Part shown: positions 28,601 through 39,040 of the stretch, piece after piece
Layout of the letters: each line of letters opens with the position of its first letter
Position numbering within the stretch: position 1 is the first letter of the stretch
Notes under the pieces: generated by a model
The model's input: the letters and a program-made list of their open reading frames with translations, nothing else
Told to the model about the DNA's origin: nothing
Database searches by the model: none
Assembly: GCA_965203355.1 (NCBI GenBank)
Contig: OZ241889.1
Span: 2,656,001-2,720,000, forward strand
DNA: 64,000 bases
Source of the DNA: Candidatus Latescibacterota bacterium
GTDB taxonomy: Bacteria > Latescibacterota > UBA2968 > UBA8231
Direction of reading: 5' to 3'
Made by a program: the position numbers and the translations under genes

Positions 28601-31231
28601 GTGAGGTCCATGATCTACGCAGTAGTTATCACGGCCGGCGTCGCGTTCCTGTGCGATGCCGCTTTTGCCCAACGGGTTGGCTTTCTGACTGGACGCGAAC
28701 CGCGCGGCGTGGATGTCTATGAGATGGCGATGACTCCAGCCCAGCGGAAGTGGCAATATCCGCAAAGCCTATACCACTTCTATCGTTGGACCGGCGAGGA
28801 ATACAGCAATTACGCCCGTCAAAACTACGAGCGCTACGTATCTACCGAGCTTGAAGGCTTTCGCACTTACGATCTCTACGGGAACTACATCACGCGTGGT
28901 TTTGAGGTGTACAACTGGTCCATGGACAGTCCCGTGACTTCGGGTAGCACGGTCCGCAAGGGGCCCAAGTACAGTGGGTGGTTTCGCAGCTTAATCGTCT
29001 CGTCGATGTCCAAAGGGCAGTTTTATTCTTCGATGACCATTAGCGATGCCCTGCGCACCACCCTGACGCCGCTGACCTTTTCCAAGCCGGCCTTCAACGG
29101 GGTGCAATGGGATTTTGCCGCTGATAAGTACCAGATGACACTCTTGGCGTCGCGCTTGGCTTCCCCGGGTTCAGCCGTGCAATACGAAAACTCACTCGGC
29201 CAGATCTTGGGCGACATGACGAATCTCTTCGGCGCACACTCCAAGGTCCAGCTCGGGGATTTTTCCAAGTTGGGCTTTACCTATCTGAACATTGCCAACT
29301 TTTCCACAGGTCGCAAATTAGGCGACAACTCGCTCAAAGGCGTGCTGACCGAGGCCCAAAACGGCGGCAATGTCGAGACAATCGTCCTGCGGCTCTCGGA
29401 CGATTCGCCCGAAGACGGCGTAGGCGGTGCTCAGCTTTTTGCCGAGCGCATTATCATCAACGGGGTCGATCATCCCGAAATTGTCCCCTCGCCGCGCGGT
29501 GGTGTGCGGCGCGCCGGCGTCATTGAGGCCAATGGGGCGGAGACATTAGAGCTGACTTACAACATCGCCCGCGACTTCCGCCAACAGCCCGACGACGAGA
29601 TCACCACGTTTCAGGAGATCCGCGAAATTGAGTTCGAGTTGGTCATCGCCAATGATTACCGAGTCGAAATCACCTCGAACCTCCAAGTCAATGCTCAAGG
29701 CGAGCCTGTGTTCTTGGAAGTCGAGCGCGCCCACGGCAACGTCAGCGATGGCTCCAACCAGCGCTTCATCCGCTTTGAATACGGCCTGCCGACCGGCAAG
29801 GACATCATTGGCTTCAACTTTGACATAGACGATATCAAGGGCTTCAATATGCGCTCGGAGCTTGCTTTCAGCCGGGCGTTTCGCCGCTTCCCCAATCAGA
29901 ACTTCCAAGATCACGCCCTCGCCCAAGACGAGGGCATGGCCTACTACATCACGGCCTCGCAGGATGCGTATCCGTTTTTCGCGTACGGAGAACTCTATCG
30001 GCTGGAGCCTGAGTACCGCACCAATGCGTTTATCTCGGATGCGCGGGGTTTCATCGATTACGAACACCCAGAGCGCTATTCCTTTGAGGCGGTTGACGAC
30101 AACGACGACCAAGATCGCTTTGCCGACTGGAAGCGCCTGTGGCAAAACGGCGACAACGCCTTTGGTGAATCGCCTTTTGGCACAGGTGGTGCAGCCGACC
30201 CAGAGGTCTTCCCCGGGTACGACGAGAACTCGGACTTCATCTCGGACTTTAACCAGAACGGCAATAGCCAGCCGGATTTCGCCGAGCCGTTTCTGCGCTA
30301 CAACGTCGATCCACCTGAGTTTCTCTTTGGCGTTGACATGAACAACAACAACGTCATCGATCGCTTTGAGAACGACACCTTTGCCGATTATCCCTACCGA
30401 CACGACCGCGATGGCTACAACGTGTACGGAGGCGTTCACTTGACCGAAGCCATCAAAGTGACGCTGGGCCACTCCACGGCCGACGAGATTAGCTCCAAGC
30501 GCAACGCGCAGATGAGCTATGCGGTTGTCACGGGCGAGTGGAAATGGCCGGGCATTGAGGCGCGGGCCTTCCAATACGCTCGCTCGGTCCAAGACGACAT
30601 CGAAGACGATGTGATACAATGGGTCGATCCAGATGGATTTCGCGAAACCATTGACCCGCTGATCGCCCAAGACACCTTTGTCTGGACCGGCTATCTGACG
30701 TTCGACTACCTGCGCCTCAAAAACCTGAATATCTACAACAAGGTGAAGTACGACTGGTTTAATCAGCGCGGTGAGCAAGCCGAGGCCAAAGACAATCGCC
30801 TCTTTTTTGGCGCGATCAACAAGGTGGATTATCCGCTGCCGATTACCGACAATCTGTCTTTTTGGCCGCGCTACAAGAGCGTCTTCCGCAAGATCAACCC
30901 GACCTCTAGCACTGACCTCGACATCACCGAGTGGTCGCAGTTTTACATGCTGACCTCAAAGTACTTCATCCTGCCTGAAACCTTTATCGAATACGGCGTC
31001 GAGCTCAATCTCTTCCGCAACCTCGAAGAGCGCCCGGAGATCTTGCCGCCCGGCTACGTCGATGATTTCACGGGTTCGGTACTCGCCTTGCAGTTTTCCA
31101 ACAAGTCGGCGTACCACGGTTATGCACTCACGATGAACACTGGTTTTCGCTGGGAGCGTCAGGCCTTTGCCGAAGCGACCGAAACGAACACCTTGCTCTT
31201 CATTCGGGCTTTCGTAGGTGTCCAAGAGTAG
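28601..31231 (+). CDS. Large exported protein, putative outer-membrane beta-barrel with a Ca-binding Asp/Asn-rich insert
   Basis: GGAGG RBS before GTG 28601; signal peptide ending AAFA; alternating aromatic beta-strand patterns; DDNDDQD, DENSDFISDFNQNGN, DMNNNNVID loops. Confidence 0.65.
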   Translation: MRSMIYAVVITAGVAFLCDAAFAQRVGFLTGREPRGVDVYEMAMTPAQRKWQYPQSLYHFYRWTGEEYSNYARQNYERYVSTELEGFRTYDLYGNYITRGFEVYNWSMDSPVTSGSTVRKGPKYSGWFRSLIVSSMSKGQFYSSMTISDALRTTLTPLTFSKPAFNGVQWDFAADKYQMTLLASRLASPGSAVQYENSLGQILGDMTNLFGAHSKVQLGDFSKLGFTYLNIANFSTGRKLGDNSLKGVLTEAQNGGNVETIVLRLSDDSPEDGVGGAQLFAERIIINGVDHPEIVPSPRGGVRRAGVIEANGAETLELTYNIARDFRQQPDDEITTFQEIREIEFELVIANDYRVEITSNLQVNAQGEPVFLEVERAHGNVSDGSNQRFIRFEYGLPTGKDIIGFNFDIDDIKGFNMRSELAFSRAFRRFPNQNFQDHALAQDEGMAYYITASQDAYPFFAYGELYRLEPEYRTNAFISDARGFIDYEHPERYSFEAVDDNDDQDRFADWKRLWQNGDNAFGESPFGTGGAADPEVFPGYDENSDFISDFNQNGNSQPDFAEPFLRYNVDPPEFLFGVDMNNNNVIDRFENDTFADYPYRHDRDGYNVYGGVHLTEAIKVTLGHSTADEISSKRNAQMSYAVVTGEWKWPGIEARAFQYARSVQDDIEDDVIQWVDPDGFRETIDPLIAQDTFVWTGYLTFDYLRLKNLNIYNKVKYDWFNQRGEQAEAKDNRLFFGAINKVDYPLPITDNLSFWPRYKSVFRKINPTSSTDLDITEWSQFYMLTSKYFILPETFIEYGVELNLFRNLEERPEILPPGYVDDFTGSVLALQFSNKSAYHGYALTMNTGFRWERQAFAEATETNTLLFIRAFVGVQE

Positions 31232-31257
31232 GGGTTGCCGTATTTTTTTGTGGACCC

Positions 31258-31297
31258 AAAGCGCCCGGCGTTCTCTAGCGGAGATGCCGGGCGCTTT
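31258..31297 (+). terminator. Stem-loop after the putative barrel gene
   Basis: AAAGCGCCCGGCGTTCTC-TAGCG-GAGATGCCGGGCGCTTT followed by ATTG; covers the candidate ATG at 31284. Confidence 0.65.
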
Positions 31298-32534
31298 ATT
31301 GCCTATTGCCGTGGCGTGGCTAGGGCTAGTCGTCCTCCTGGGGGGCGGCTGTGGTTCCGCGGAACGCCACATCCTCAAAAAGCCCGCCACGCCCCAACCT
31401 CTCGCGTTCTATCAACGCGCCTACGAGCAAGACCCCACGGACCCAGCGGTGCTGTTGGCCTTGGGATGGCTTTACCTGCAAAAGGACCGCACGCGCCGTG
31501 CGGCCGCCGTGCTGGCCGAGCTGGTTGCGGTCGCGCCCGACGACGCGGATGCTCACTACTATCTCGGCGTTGCTCTCGCCAAAGAACACCGCAAGAGCGA
31601 GGCCATAGCCGCCCTTAAATACGCCCTTGAAAAGGCACCGGGCTTTGCCGAGGTGTACTGGGCCTTAGCGCTGCTGTACAACGAGCGCGGCGATGGGTAC
31701 GAAGAGGCGCTTGCAGCGGCCGAAGAGGGGCTGCAGCTAGCTGGACAGAGCGGTTATGGGCACTTCGTGTTGGGTTTTGTGCTGTGTTCGCGTGGCGACA
31801 ATGAAAACGCCAAGACCGTGCTGTTGAAGGCTATTGAACTCGACCCGGACTTGGCCCACGCCCACTACTACTTGGCGTTGGTGTACTTGCGCTTACAGGA
31901 CGAGCCGCGCGCCATGGCAGCGATGGAACGGACCATTGCCGCGGACCCAGGTTACACCTCGGCCTATTACAGCTTGGGCACGCTCTATGCGCGCACGGGC
32001 CGCGACGCCGGGGGCGCGCGAATGATCGAGCTTTTCCAGCAGTTGAGTAGCGCGACGATGGACGAGGATCACTACCGCCGCTTGCTCTACCGCCAAGCCG
32101 TGCCCTTAGTGACCGACAAGCAGGTGGCCACGCATTTCAACTTGGGACTGGTCTATTTGCGTAGAAAGGAGTTGACAGCGGCGCTCGAACAATTCGAGGC
32201 GGCCTTGGCCCTCGATTCCACGTACGCGGAGGCCAGCCACAACATCGGGGTGATCTATTCGCTGCAAGAGCAACACGCGGCGGCTCGGCCCTTTTTGCTG
32301 CGCGCAGTTCGCCACAAGCCCGACTACGCGTTGGCCTTTGAAAACATAGGCAACAACAGCTTGGCCCTCGGCGAGTACGCGGAGGCGGTCGCCGCGTTTC
32401 GCCGCGCCTTGGCCCTCGGCGGGAGCATGGTCTCGGCCCTCGAGGGCTTGGGAACCGCGCTAATCCAGCAGGGGCACACAGCAGAAGGCCGCGCGGTTCG
32501 CGCTGAGGCCGCAGCCTTGAGGGCACGACAATAA
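31284..32534 (+). CDS. TPR-repeat lipoprotein
   Basis: LVVLLGGGC lipobox; repeated AHYYLG/HFNLG/AYYSLG TPR units. Start uncertain (31284-31311). Confidence 0.85.
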   Translation: MPGALLPIAVAWLGLVVLLGGGCGSAERHILKKPATPQPLAFYQRAYEQDPTDPAVLLALGWLYLQKDRTRRAAAVLAELVAVAPDDADAHYYLGVALAKEHRKSEAIAALKYALEKAPGFAEVYWALALLYNERGDGYEEALAAAEEGLQLAGQSGYGHFVLGFVLCSRGDNENAKTVLLKAIELDPDLAHAHYYLALVYLRLQDEPRAMAAMERTIAADPGYTSAYYSLGTLYARTGRDAGGARMIELFQQLSSATMDEDHYRRLLYRQAVPLVTDKQVATHFNLGLVYLRRKELTAALEQFEAALALDSTYAEASHNIGVIYSLQEQHAAARPFLLRAVRHKPDYALAFENIGNNSLALGEYAEAVAAFRRALALGGSMVSALEGLGTALIQQGHTAEGRAVRAEAAALRARQ

Positions 32535-34226
32535 ATGTGGTTTGTGCTAGTGGCTATTGGGGCGTTGGCAGGGTGCGGGGGCGAAGCGGCCCAGCCTAGT
32601 TTCGTCGATGTAGCCACCGAAGCGGGGGTCCAATTGCGCACCGTATCTGGGACCCCGCAAAAAGAGCACATCATCGAATGCAACACGGGCGGGACGGCCC
32701 TTTTAGACTACGATCTAGACGGCGACGTGGATATTTTTATCGTCAACGGCTCGCGCATCACCGGATACGCCCCGGGCCGAGAACCTCGCGCTGAGCTGTA
32801 CCGCAACGACAGTGCTTGGCGCTTTACGGGCGTGGGGCGAGAGGCTGGTGTCGCGCACGTGGGTTGGGGGATGGGGGCCACGGCGGTCGACTACAATGCC
32901 GACGGATGGCCCGATCTGTACTTGGCCAACTACGGCCCCAATGCCCTGTACGAAAACAAAGGCACTGGCGCGTTTGTCAATGTGGCGGCCGAGCGGGGCG
33001 TGGACTTTGACGGCTGGAGCTCGTCTGCGGCCTTTGGCGACTACGATCTAGACGGCGACTTGGACTTTTACTTGGCTAATTACATCGACTTTGATCCGGC
33101 GTTTCGCCCGGCGGATCCAAGCTATTGCACTTGGCGCGGGATAGACGTATTCTGCGGCCCGCGCGGGATGCCGGGGGAGCGGGATCTGTTCTATCGCAAC
33201 GAAGGCCCCAGCGCAGGTTGGACCTTTGCCGAGGCGAGTGCGGCGTTTGGCATCGCCGACTACGAGTACTATGGTTTTGCCGCGCTGGCTGGCGATTGGG
33301 ACGAGGACGGCGACTTGGACATTTACATTGCCAATGATTCAACGCCGAATGTGCTCTACCGCAACGACCGAGGCGCGTTTGCGGACGTGTCGCTGCTGTC
33401 GGCGACCGCGTACAGCGAGGACGGCCGCGAACAGGGCGGCATGGGCTTGGCGAGCGGCGACTACGATCGAGACGGCGACTTCGACCTCTTCGTTACCAAT
33501 TTCTCGCACGACAACAACTCGCTCTACGACAACAATGGCCGGGGGTTTTTCACCGACGCGAGTTTCAGCTCGGCGCTGGGCCGTGCGAGCATCAGCTCTT
33601 TGGGATGGGGCGCGGGTTTTTTCGATTGCGACAACGACGGCGACGACGACCTATTCGTCGCCAATGGCCACGTGTACCCGGCCGTCGACCACCGCGACTT
33701 AGGAACCCGCTACGCCCAGCGCAACCATCTGTTTGAAAATCGCGACGGCGCATTTGTCGAAGTGGGTGTAGCCTCGGGGCCGGGCCTCGCCGTGGAAAAG
33801 TCGAGCCGGGGCGCGGCCTTCGGCGATTTGGACAACGATGGCGACTTGGACCTTGTGATAGTCAATATCGACGACACGCCAACGGTCCTGCGCAACGACG
33901 GGGGCAATCGCCACAACTATCTAATGGTGAGGTTGCGCGGCGCGGGCGGGAATACTGAGGCCATTGGTGCGCGGGTTTCGGTTTCGGTGGGTGGTGCGGT
34001 GCAGATGCGGGAGGTGCGTGCGGGCACGGGCTATCTGTCGCAGGACGACCTACGGCTGCATTTCGGCTTGGGAGCGGCGACGGCGGCCGATCACCTCGTG
34101 GTGCGCTGGCCCGATGGCGTGGAAGAGCGCCTCGACCGGGTGGAGGGCAATAGGCTGATCACCATCCAGCGCGGCGCGGGCCTCGTCGCCGAGGGATTTG
34201 GACCCGGGCCGAGGCTGAGGCCGTGA
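32535..34226 (+). CDS. CRTAC1-family (FG-GAP/VCBS repeats + ASPIC/UnbV) lipoprotein
   Basis: LAGC lipobox; many DYDxDGDxD repeats; C-terminal AIGARV...GYLSQDD..LHFGLG..VRWPDG. Confidence 0.9.
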   Translation: MWFVLVAIGALAGCGGEAAQPSFVDVATEAGVQLRTVSGTPQKEHIIECNTGGTALLDYDLDGDVDIFIVNGSRITGYAPGREPRAELYRNDSAWRFTGVGREAGVAHVGWGMGATAVDYNADGWPDLYLANYGPNALYENKGTGAFVNVAAERGVDFDGWSSSAAFGDYDLDGDLDFYLANYIDFDPAFRPADPSYCTWRGIDVFCGPRGMPGERDLFYRNEGPSAGWTFAEASAAFGIADYEYYGFAALAGDWDEDGDLDIYIANDSTPNVLYRNDRGAFADVSLLSATAYSEDGREQGGMGLASGDYDRDGDFDLFVTNFSHDNNSLYDNNGRGFFTDASFSSALGRASISSLGWGAGFFDCDNDGDDDLFVANGHVYPAVDHRDLGTRYAQRNHLFENRDGAFVEVGVASGPGLAVEKSSRGAAFGDLDNDGDLDLVIVNIDDTPTVLRNDGGNRHNYLMVRLRGAGGNTEAIGARVSVSVGGAVQMREVRAGTGYLSQDDLRLHFGLGAATAADHLVVRWPDGVEERLDRVEGNRLITIQRGAGLVAEGFGPGPRLRP

Positions 34227-35860
34227 AGGTGCGCTACGGAATGGTCCTGCTGCTTTGTTGCAGTGCGGCGGCCGAATCGCGCTTTGTCGATATCGCGCAA
34301 TCGGCCGGGGTTGATTTCGTTCACCGCAGCGGTGCGACCGGCGCGCGCTATTTGCCCGAGACCTACGGCTCTGGGGCTGCGTTCTTGGATTTCGATGGCG
34401 ATGGTGCGCTCGACCTCTACTTGGTCAACGCCGGACGATTACCTCAGTTATCAAGCGAGCCTGAAGCGGCCAACGCGCTTTTTTACAACGATGGTGCGGG
34501 CCGCTTCTCAGAGCAGACAGCGCGGGCTGGCGTCGGCGATCGAGGCTACGGCATGGGGGCTACTGTGGGCGACTACGACAACGATGGCTGGGCCGACCTC
34601 TACGTTACTAATTTTGGCCCCAACGTGCTCTTCCACAATCGCGGGCTGGGGCGTTTTGCCGATGTTACGGCTACAGCCGATGTGGGTTGCCCGGGATGGG
34701 GGACGAGCGCGGCCTTTGCCGACGTGGATCTCGACGGAGATTTGGATCTATTCGTCGGCAACTACCTCGACTACCCGACCGCCGATCCGCTCGTGTGCCG
34801 TATCGGCAACAGCGAGGAGCGGCTCTACTGCGACCCGCGCAAGTTCGATGGTCAGGTCGATCGGCTCTATATCAACGAGGGCCACGCGGGCGGCTGGGTT
34901 TTTGCCGACCGCACGGTGGCCTTCGGCCTCGCCAGCACGGCCGGAAAGGAACTGGGGGTCGTCTTTGGCGACTACGATCAAGACGGCGATCCCGATCTGT
35001 ACTTGGCCAACGATCTCGTGTCCAACATGCTTTACCGCAACGATGGCACGCGCTTTGTCGATCGCGGGCTTGCCAGCGGCACCAGCCTCAACGGTGCTGG
35101 GGTCGCTGAGGCTGGGATGGGCGTTGACATGGCCGATGCAGACGGCGACGGCGACGCGGATTTGTTCGTGACCAACTTCCAGTGGGAGAGCAATACCCTG
35201 TACAGCAACTTGGGTGGGGGGTTCTTTGCCGACGCTACCGTGGCGTCGGGCATCACGCGCGCTAGCATGGCCTTTCTCGGGTTTGGCACGGGATTTTTCG
35301 ACGGCGACAACGACGGCGATCTCGACCTATTCGTCGCCAATGGCCACGTGTACGACAACGTGGAAAAGGTCGATCGCGCGGCCGCGTACGCCCAGCGCAA
35401 TCAACTGCTTGAAAATGTCGGCGCAGGTATCTTTGTCGATCGTCGGGACTACGGCCCGGGCCTTGCGCTGGTACAGGTCAGTCGCGGGGCTGCGTTCGGG
35501 GACATCGACAGCGATGGCGACTTAGATATTGTGGTGAACAACTCCAACGACCGGCCAGCCCTGTTGCGCAACGACGCCAGTGGCGGTGGATGGTTGGGGT
35601 TTAGGCTGCGGGGCGCGGCGAGCAATCGCGATGCCATTGGGGCGCGGATCGCGCTGACGACCGATGGCCGCACGCTCGTGCGCGAGGTGCGCCGCAACGC
35701 GAGCTACCTGTCGTCGAGCGATCCCCGCGTGTTCTTTGGCCTTGGGAACGCCGAGGTCGCCGAGCGGGTTGAGATTCGCTGGCCATCCGGTTTTGTCCAA
35801 GTCGTCGAGGACCTGCCCGGGCGGCAATACGTGGACCTAGAGGAGGGTACCAGTCGATGA
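34223..35860 (+). CDS. CRTAC1-family (FG-GAP + ASPIC/UnbV) protein
   Basis: DxDGDxD repeats; SNRDAIGARI...SYLSSSD..VFFGLG..IRWPSG. Confidence 0.9.
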   Translation: MKVRYGMVLLLCCSAAAESRFVDIAQSAGVDFVHRSGATGARYLPETYGSGAAFLDFDGDGALDLYLVNAGRLPQLSSEPEAANALFYNDGAGRFSEQTARAGVGDRGYGMGATVGDYDNDGWADLYVTNFGPNVLFHNRGLGRFADVTATADVGCPGWGTSAAFADVDLDGDLDLFVGNYLDYPTADPLVCRIGNSEERLYCDPRKFDGQVDRLYINEGHAGGWVFADRTVAFGLASTAGKELGVVFGDYDQDGDPDLYLANDLVSNMLYRNDGTRFVDRGLASGTSLNGAGVAEAGMGVDMADADGDGDADLFVTNFQWESNTLYSNLGGGFFADATVASGITRASMAFLGFGTGFFDGDNDGDLDLFVANGHVYDNVEKVDRAAAYAQRNQLLENVGAGIFVDRRDYGPGLALVQVSRGAAFGDIDSDGDLDIVVNNSNDRPALLRNDASGGGWLGFRLRGAASNRDAIGARIALTTDGRTLVREVRRNASYLSSSDPRVFFGLGNAEVAERVEIRWPSGFVQVVEDLPGRQYVDLEEGTSR

Positions 35861-37245
35861 TTAAATGGGTTTCATTCGCCCTGGGCGTCGCGCTGGCAAC
35901 AGGCTGCGAGACCAAACCGGAAGCCCCGCCCCCTCAGCCGGTAGTGCAATCGCCTTTGGTTGAGGATCCGCTGCTGATCGGGCGCACCCTGTTGCGACAG
36001 AAGCGGTACGCGGACGCGCTGGCGGTGTACGGAGAGGCGCGGAAGCACCATCCGCAGTCGGGTGAGGTGCTGGCCACGCTGGGCCGAATCCACTTGGCTT
36101 TGGGCCAGCCCGAAGAAGCGGTCCAATTCTACGAAATGGCCGTGGCCCTGGAATCCGAGCAGCCTGAATGGCTCGTCGCCTTGGGCAATGTGCAGCTGAA
36201 ACTGAGCCGCTACGACGAAGCCCACGCCGCGTTTGCCGCGGCTTTGGCCTTGGACTCGACGTATGCGCCAGCGCGGCGCAACAAAGCGGCGGTGTACAGC
36301 AAGCAGGGGCGGTTGGGCGACGCGGTCCACGAATACGAGCGCGCCTTGGCGTTGCGGCCCGAACATCTCCACACCCGCTTCAACCTCGGGCTGGTGTACG
36401 CCAGTTTGGGCCGCTATGCCGATGCCAGCGAAACCCTGCAACAGGTCTTGGTGGCAACGCCGGAAAACGCGCGGGCGCTCTACGCGATGGGGGAGATCAA
36501 GCACCAAGAGGGCGATGACGAGGGGGCGGTCGAGTACTTTGAGCGCACGCTGGCCGCCGACACCACCTATGCGGAGGCCCATCTGCAACTGGGGCGGATC
36601 CAGATGAGCCAAAACGATCTGGCGGCGGCGGCTGAGCGCTTCCGCCGCGCCATTCTAATTGAACCCGGGCTGGCCGAGTCCTTCCGTCTGCTGGGCCAGA
36701 TTCACCTGCGGCAGGGCCGCGCGGCCGCCGGCGAAAAAGCGCTCGCCGCGTACGAAAAGGTCAAGCAGGTCGAGGGGGATATCCAGCGCTATCGCGAGCG
36801 GCTGCGCAGCGATCCAGACGACGCCGACGCCCATTACAGCTTGGGGTTTACGTACAACCGCTTGGGGTTTACCGGCGTGGCGCTGCCGCACTACGCCCAA
36901 GCCGTGCGAATCAATCCCAGCCACGTGCGGGCGCTGAACAACCTGGGCAACATCTACTTGCGCACCGGACATTTTGAGCAAGCGGCCGCGGCCTATCAGC
37001 AGATCATCGAACAAAACCCCGAACACGTGGCCGCCTTTGCCGCGCTCGGACAGGTCTATTTGAATCAGCAGCGCACCGATGAAGCCATTGCCATGCTCAA
37101 CCGCGCCCTCGCGCTCGACGAAAACTGGCTTGGTGCTCACCAAGCCTTAGCCGAAGCCTACAAGCGGCTGGGGCAAATTGCCAAAAGCGAAGAACACAAA
37201 CGCATGGCCGACGCCTTGCTTAGAAAGCAAAAAAATGATCAATAA
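35857..37245 (+). CDS. TPR-repeat lipoprotein
   Basis: LATGC lipobox; more than 10 TPR units (RFNLG, ALNNLG, AHYSLG). Confidence 0.9.
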   Translation: MIKWVSFALGVALATGCETKPEAPPPQPVVQSPLVEDPLLIGRTLLRQKRYADALAVYGEARKHHPQSGEVLATLGRIHLALGQPEEAVQFYEMAVALESEQPEWLVALGNVQLKLSRYDEAHAAFAAALALDSTYAPARRNKAAVYSKQGRLGDAVHEYERALALRPEHLHTRFNLGLVYASLGRYADASETLQQVLVATPENARALYAMGEIKHQEGDDEGAVEYFERTLAADTTYAEAHLQLGRIQMSQNDLAAAAERFRRAILIEPGLAESFRLLGQIHLRQGRAAAGEKALAAYEKVKQVEGDIQRYRERLRSDPDDADAHYSLGFTYNRLGFTGVALPHYAQAVRINPSHVRALNNLGNIYLRTGHFEQAAAAYQQIIEQNPEHVAAFAALGQVYLNQQRTDEAIAMLNRALALDENWLGAHQALAEAYKRLGQIAKSEEHKRMADALLRKQKNDQ

Positions 37246-38983
37246 CGCGAGAAAATGGATAGGGCTTGCTGCCGGTGCCTTCCTTTTTGGTTGTGCGCAA
37301 GAGCCAGCGGCTCCGGTTGCCGAGGGAGGTGGTTTAGCGGTGCCTGATGCCGCTTTGGCCCAAGTCGGCGACGACCTAATTGACGACCGCGCATTCCGCC
37401 GCTACGAAGCCCGGATCCAATCGCAGCACCGATCTTTGGCCCAAGGCGTGGAAAAGCACCGCGAGCACCTGATGAGTTTGATCGACATCAAGCTCATGGT
37501 GCGCGAGGCGTACGTGCGAGGACTGGACAAAAACCCCGCATGGATCAAGGCTGTGGAACTCGCCCAACACAAGGCCATGATCGAAGCCTATCTGCGCGAG
37601 CAAGTCGGGCTGCAAATCGAGATTTCCGAAGACGAGTTGCGCGCCAATTTTGCCGTGCATCCAGCCCGCTACGCCGTGCGCGGGGCGCACATCCTGCTCG
37701 ACAGCCGCGCCCGCGCCGATTCCATCTACGCGGAGATCGCATCCGGCCGGGCTACTTTTGAGGACATGGCACGCCAGCACTCGCTGGACGAAAAGACAGC
37801 GGCCGATGGGGGTTGGTTTGCTTCGTACTATGCCTTTGACCGAGTCTCCGACCGAGTGTACGAGCGCGTGTTCTCGTTGGACGTAGGCGAGGTCAGCCCA
37901 CCCTTCCGCACGCCTCAAGGCTGGGAAATCGCCCAGGTCGTCGATAAGAAGTTGGTGCCTTTTGAAAAGTATCGCTCGGTGATCCAGCGGGCGACTTTTC
38001 TCGAAAAAATCGAGAACTTGCGCAGCGATCACATTGATAAGCTAGTCGTCGAGAGCGGCTTGCGCCCGGTGGGGGAGCAGGTGCGGCGTTTTGTCGCGGC
38101 TTGGAACCAACAGCCTGGTGCGCCACAGCTTGCGCCCGAGGAGTGGAACGCCTCGCTCTACGAGTACGATGGCGGCGTTATCACCGTGCAGCAGGGCAGC
38201 AACCTGTTGCACAATACGCGGTTGGGCCGCGCCCAAATCGACAGTGCCTTGCTCGACGACCGAATCCGCCGCCGTGGAGCACCCGACCTGCTGTTGGGCT
38301 TGGCGGCCGAGCGCGGAGGATACGCCGAGCGGCCCGAGGTGCAGGAGCAGGTGACGGCCGAAAAGGAGCGCTTGTTGCTACAAGGGCTGTGGGAAGATTT
38401 GCTCGAAGACGCCTTAGCGGTGAGCGACGAGGAAGCACGCGCCCACTACGAAGCGCATCCAGAGATGTACTGGGCACCAGAGGAAATTATCGTCCAAGAA
38501 ATCATGGTCGCCGACGAGTCGCTCGCCCAAGAGCTGCTGGAGCAAATTCGCGATGGGGCCGATATGGCCGCGCTGGCAACCAAGCATAGCATCCGCCGCG
38601 ATGCGGATGAAAATGGTGGCCTCTACGCGCTGCGTGCATTTGAAAAGATCGTTTACAAGGAGCTGATGGACGCGGCCATATCCGCGCCCGAAAGGGAGTT
38701 GCAAGGTCCGATTGAACTAGTCGATCCCTTGCCGGCTTCGCTGCGCGATCTTCAGCCTTTGGAACGGGCTTTTTCAATCTTCAAGGTCTTGCAGCACCGA
38801 CCCAAGCGAGTGCAAGAATACGAATTGAGCCAACAGAAGGCCCACTACTTGGCTCGTCAAGAAAAACAGCAGCGCGAATTGCGTACCCTCAACCTACAGT
38901 TGCGCGACAAATGGCGCGATGTATGGGGCATCAACGCGGCCGCGCTCGAAAAATACGCGCTGGCCAATGCGTCGCAAAAATAA
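37235..38983 (+). CDS. Peptidyl-prolyl isomerase lipoprotein with two parvulin domains (SurA/PrsA-like)
   Basis: FLFGC lipobox; VRGAHIL..FEDMARQHSLD..GG..GEVSPPFRTPQGW; second domain VQEIMV..DMAALATKHS. Confidence 0.88.
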   Translation: MINNARKWIGLAAGAFLFGCAQEPAAPVAEGGGLAVPDAALAQVGDDLIDDRAFRRYEARIQSQHRSLAQGVEKHREHLMSLIDIKLMVREAYVRGLDKNPAWIKAVELAQHKAMIEAYLREQVGLQIEISEDELRANFAVHPARYAVRGAHILLDSRARADSIYAEIASGRATFEDMARQHSLDEKTAADGGWFASYYAFDRVSDRVYERVFSLDVGEVSPPFRTPQGWEIAQVVDKKLVPFEKYRSVIQRATFLEKIENLRSDHIDKLVVESGLRPVGEQVRRFVAAWNQQPGAPQLAPEEWNASLYEYDGGVITVQQGSNLLHNTRLGRAQIDSALLDDRIRRRGAPDLLLGLAAERGGYAERPEVQEQVTAEKERLLLQGLWEDLLEDALAVSDEEARAHYEAHPEMYWAPEEIIVQEIMVADESLAQELLEQIRDGADMAALATKHSIRRDADENGGLYALRAFEKIVYKELMDAAISAPERELQGPIELVDPLPASLRDLQPLERAFSIFKVLQHRPKRVQEYELSQQKAHYLARQEKQQRELRTLNLQLRDKWRDVWGINAAALEKYALANASQK

Positions 38984-39040
38984 AACAGCACCGCTTGGGT
39001 AAATTTTTTATACTACCCTGATATATCGGGAGTAAAACCT

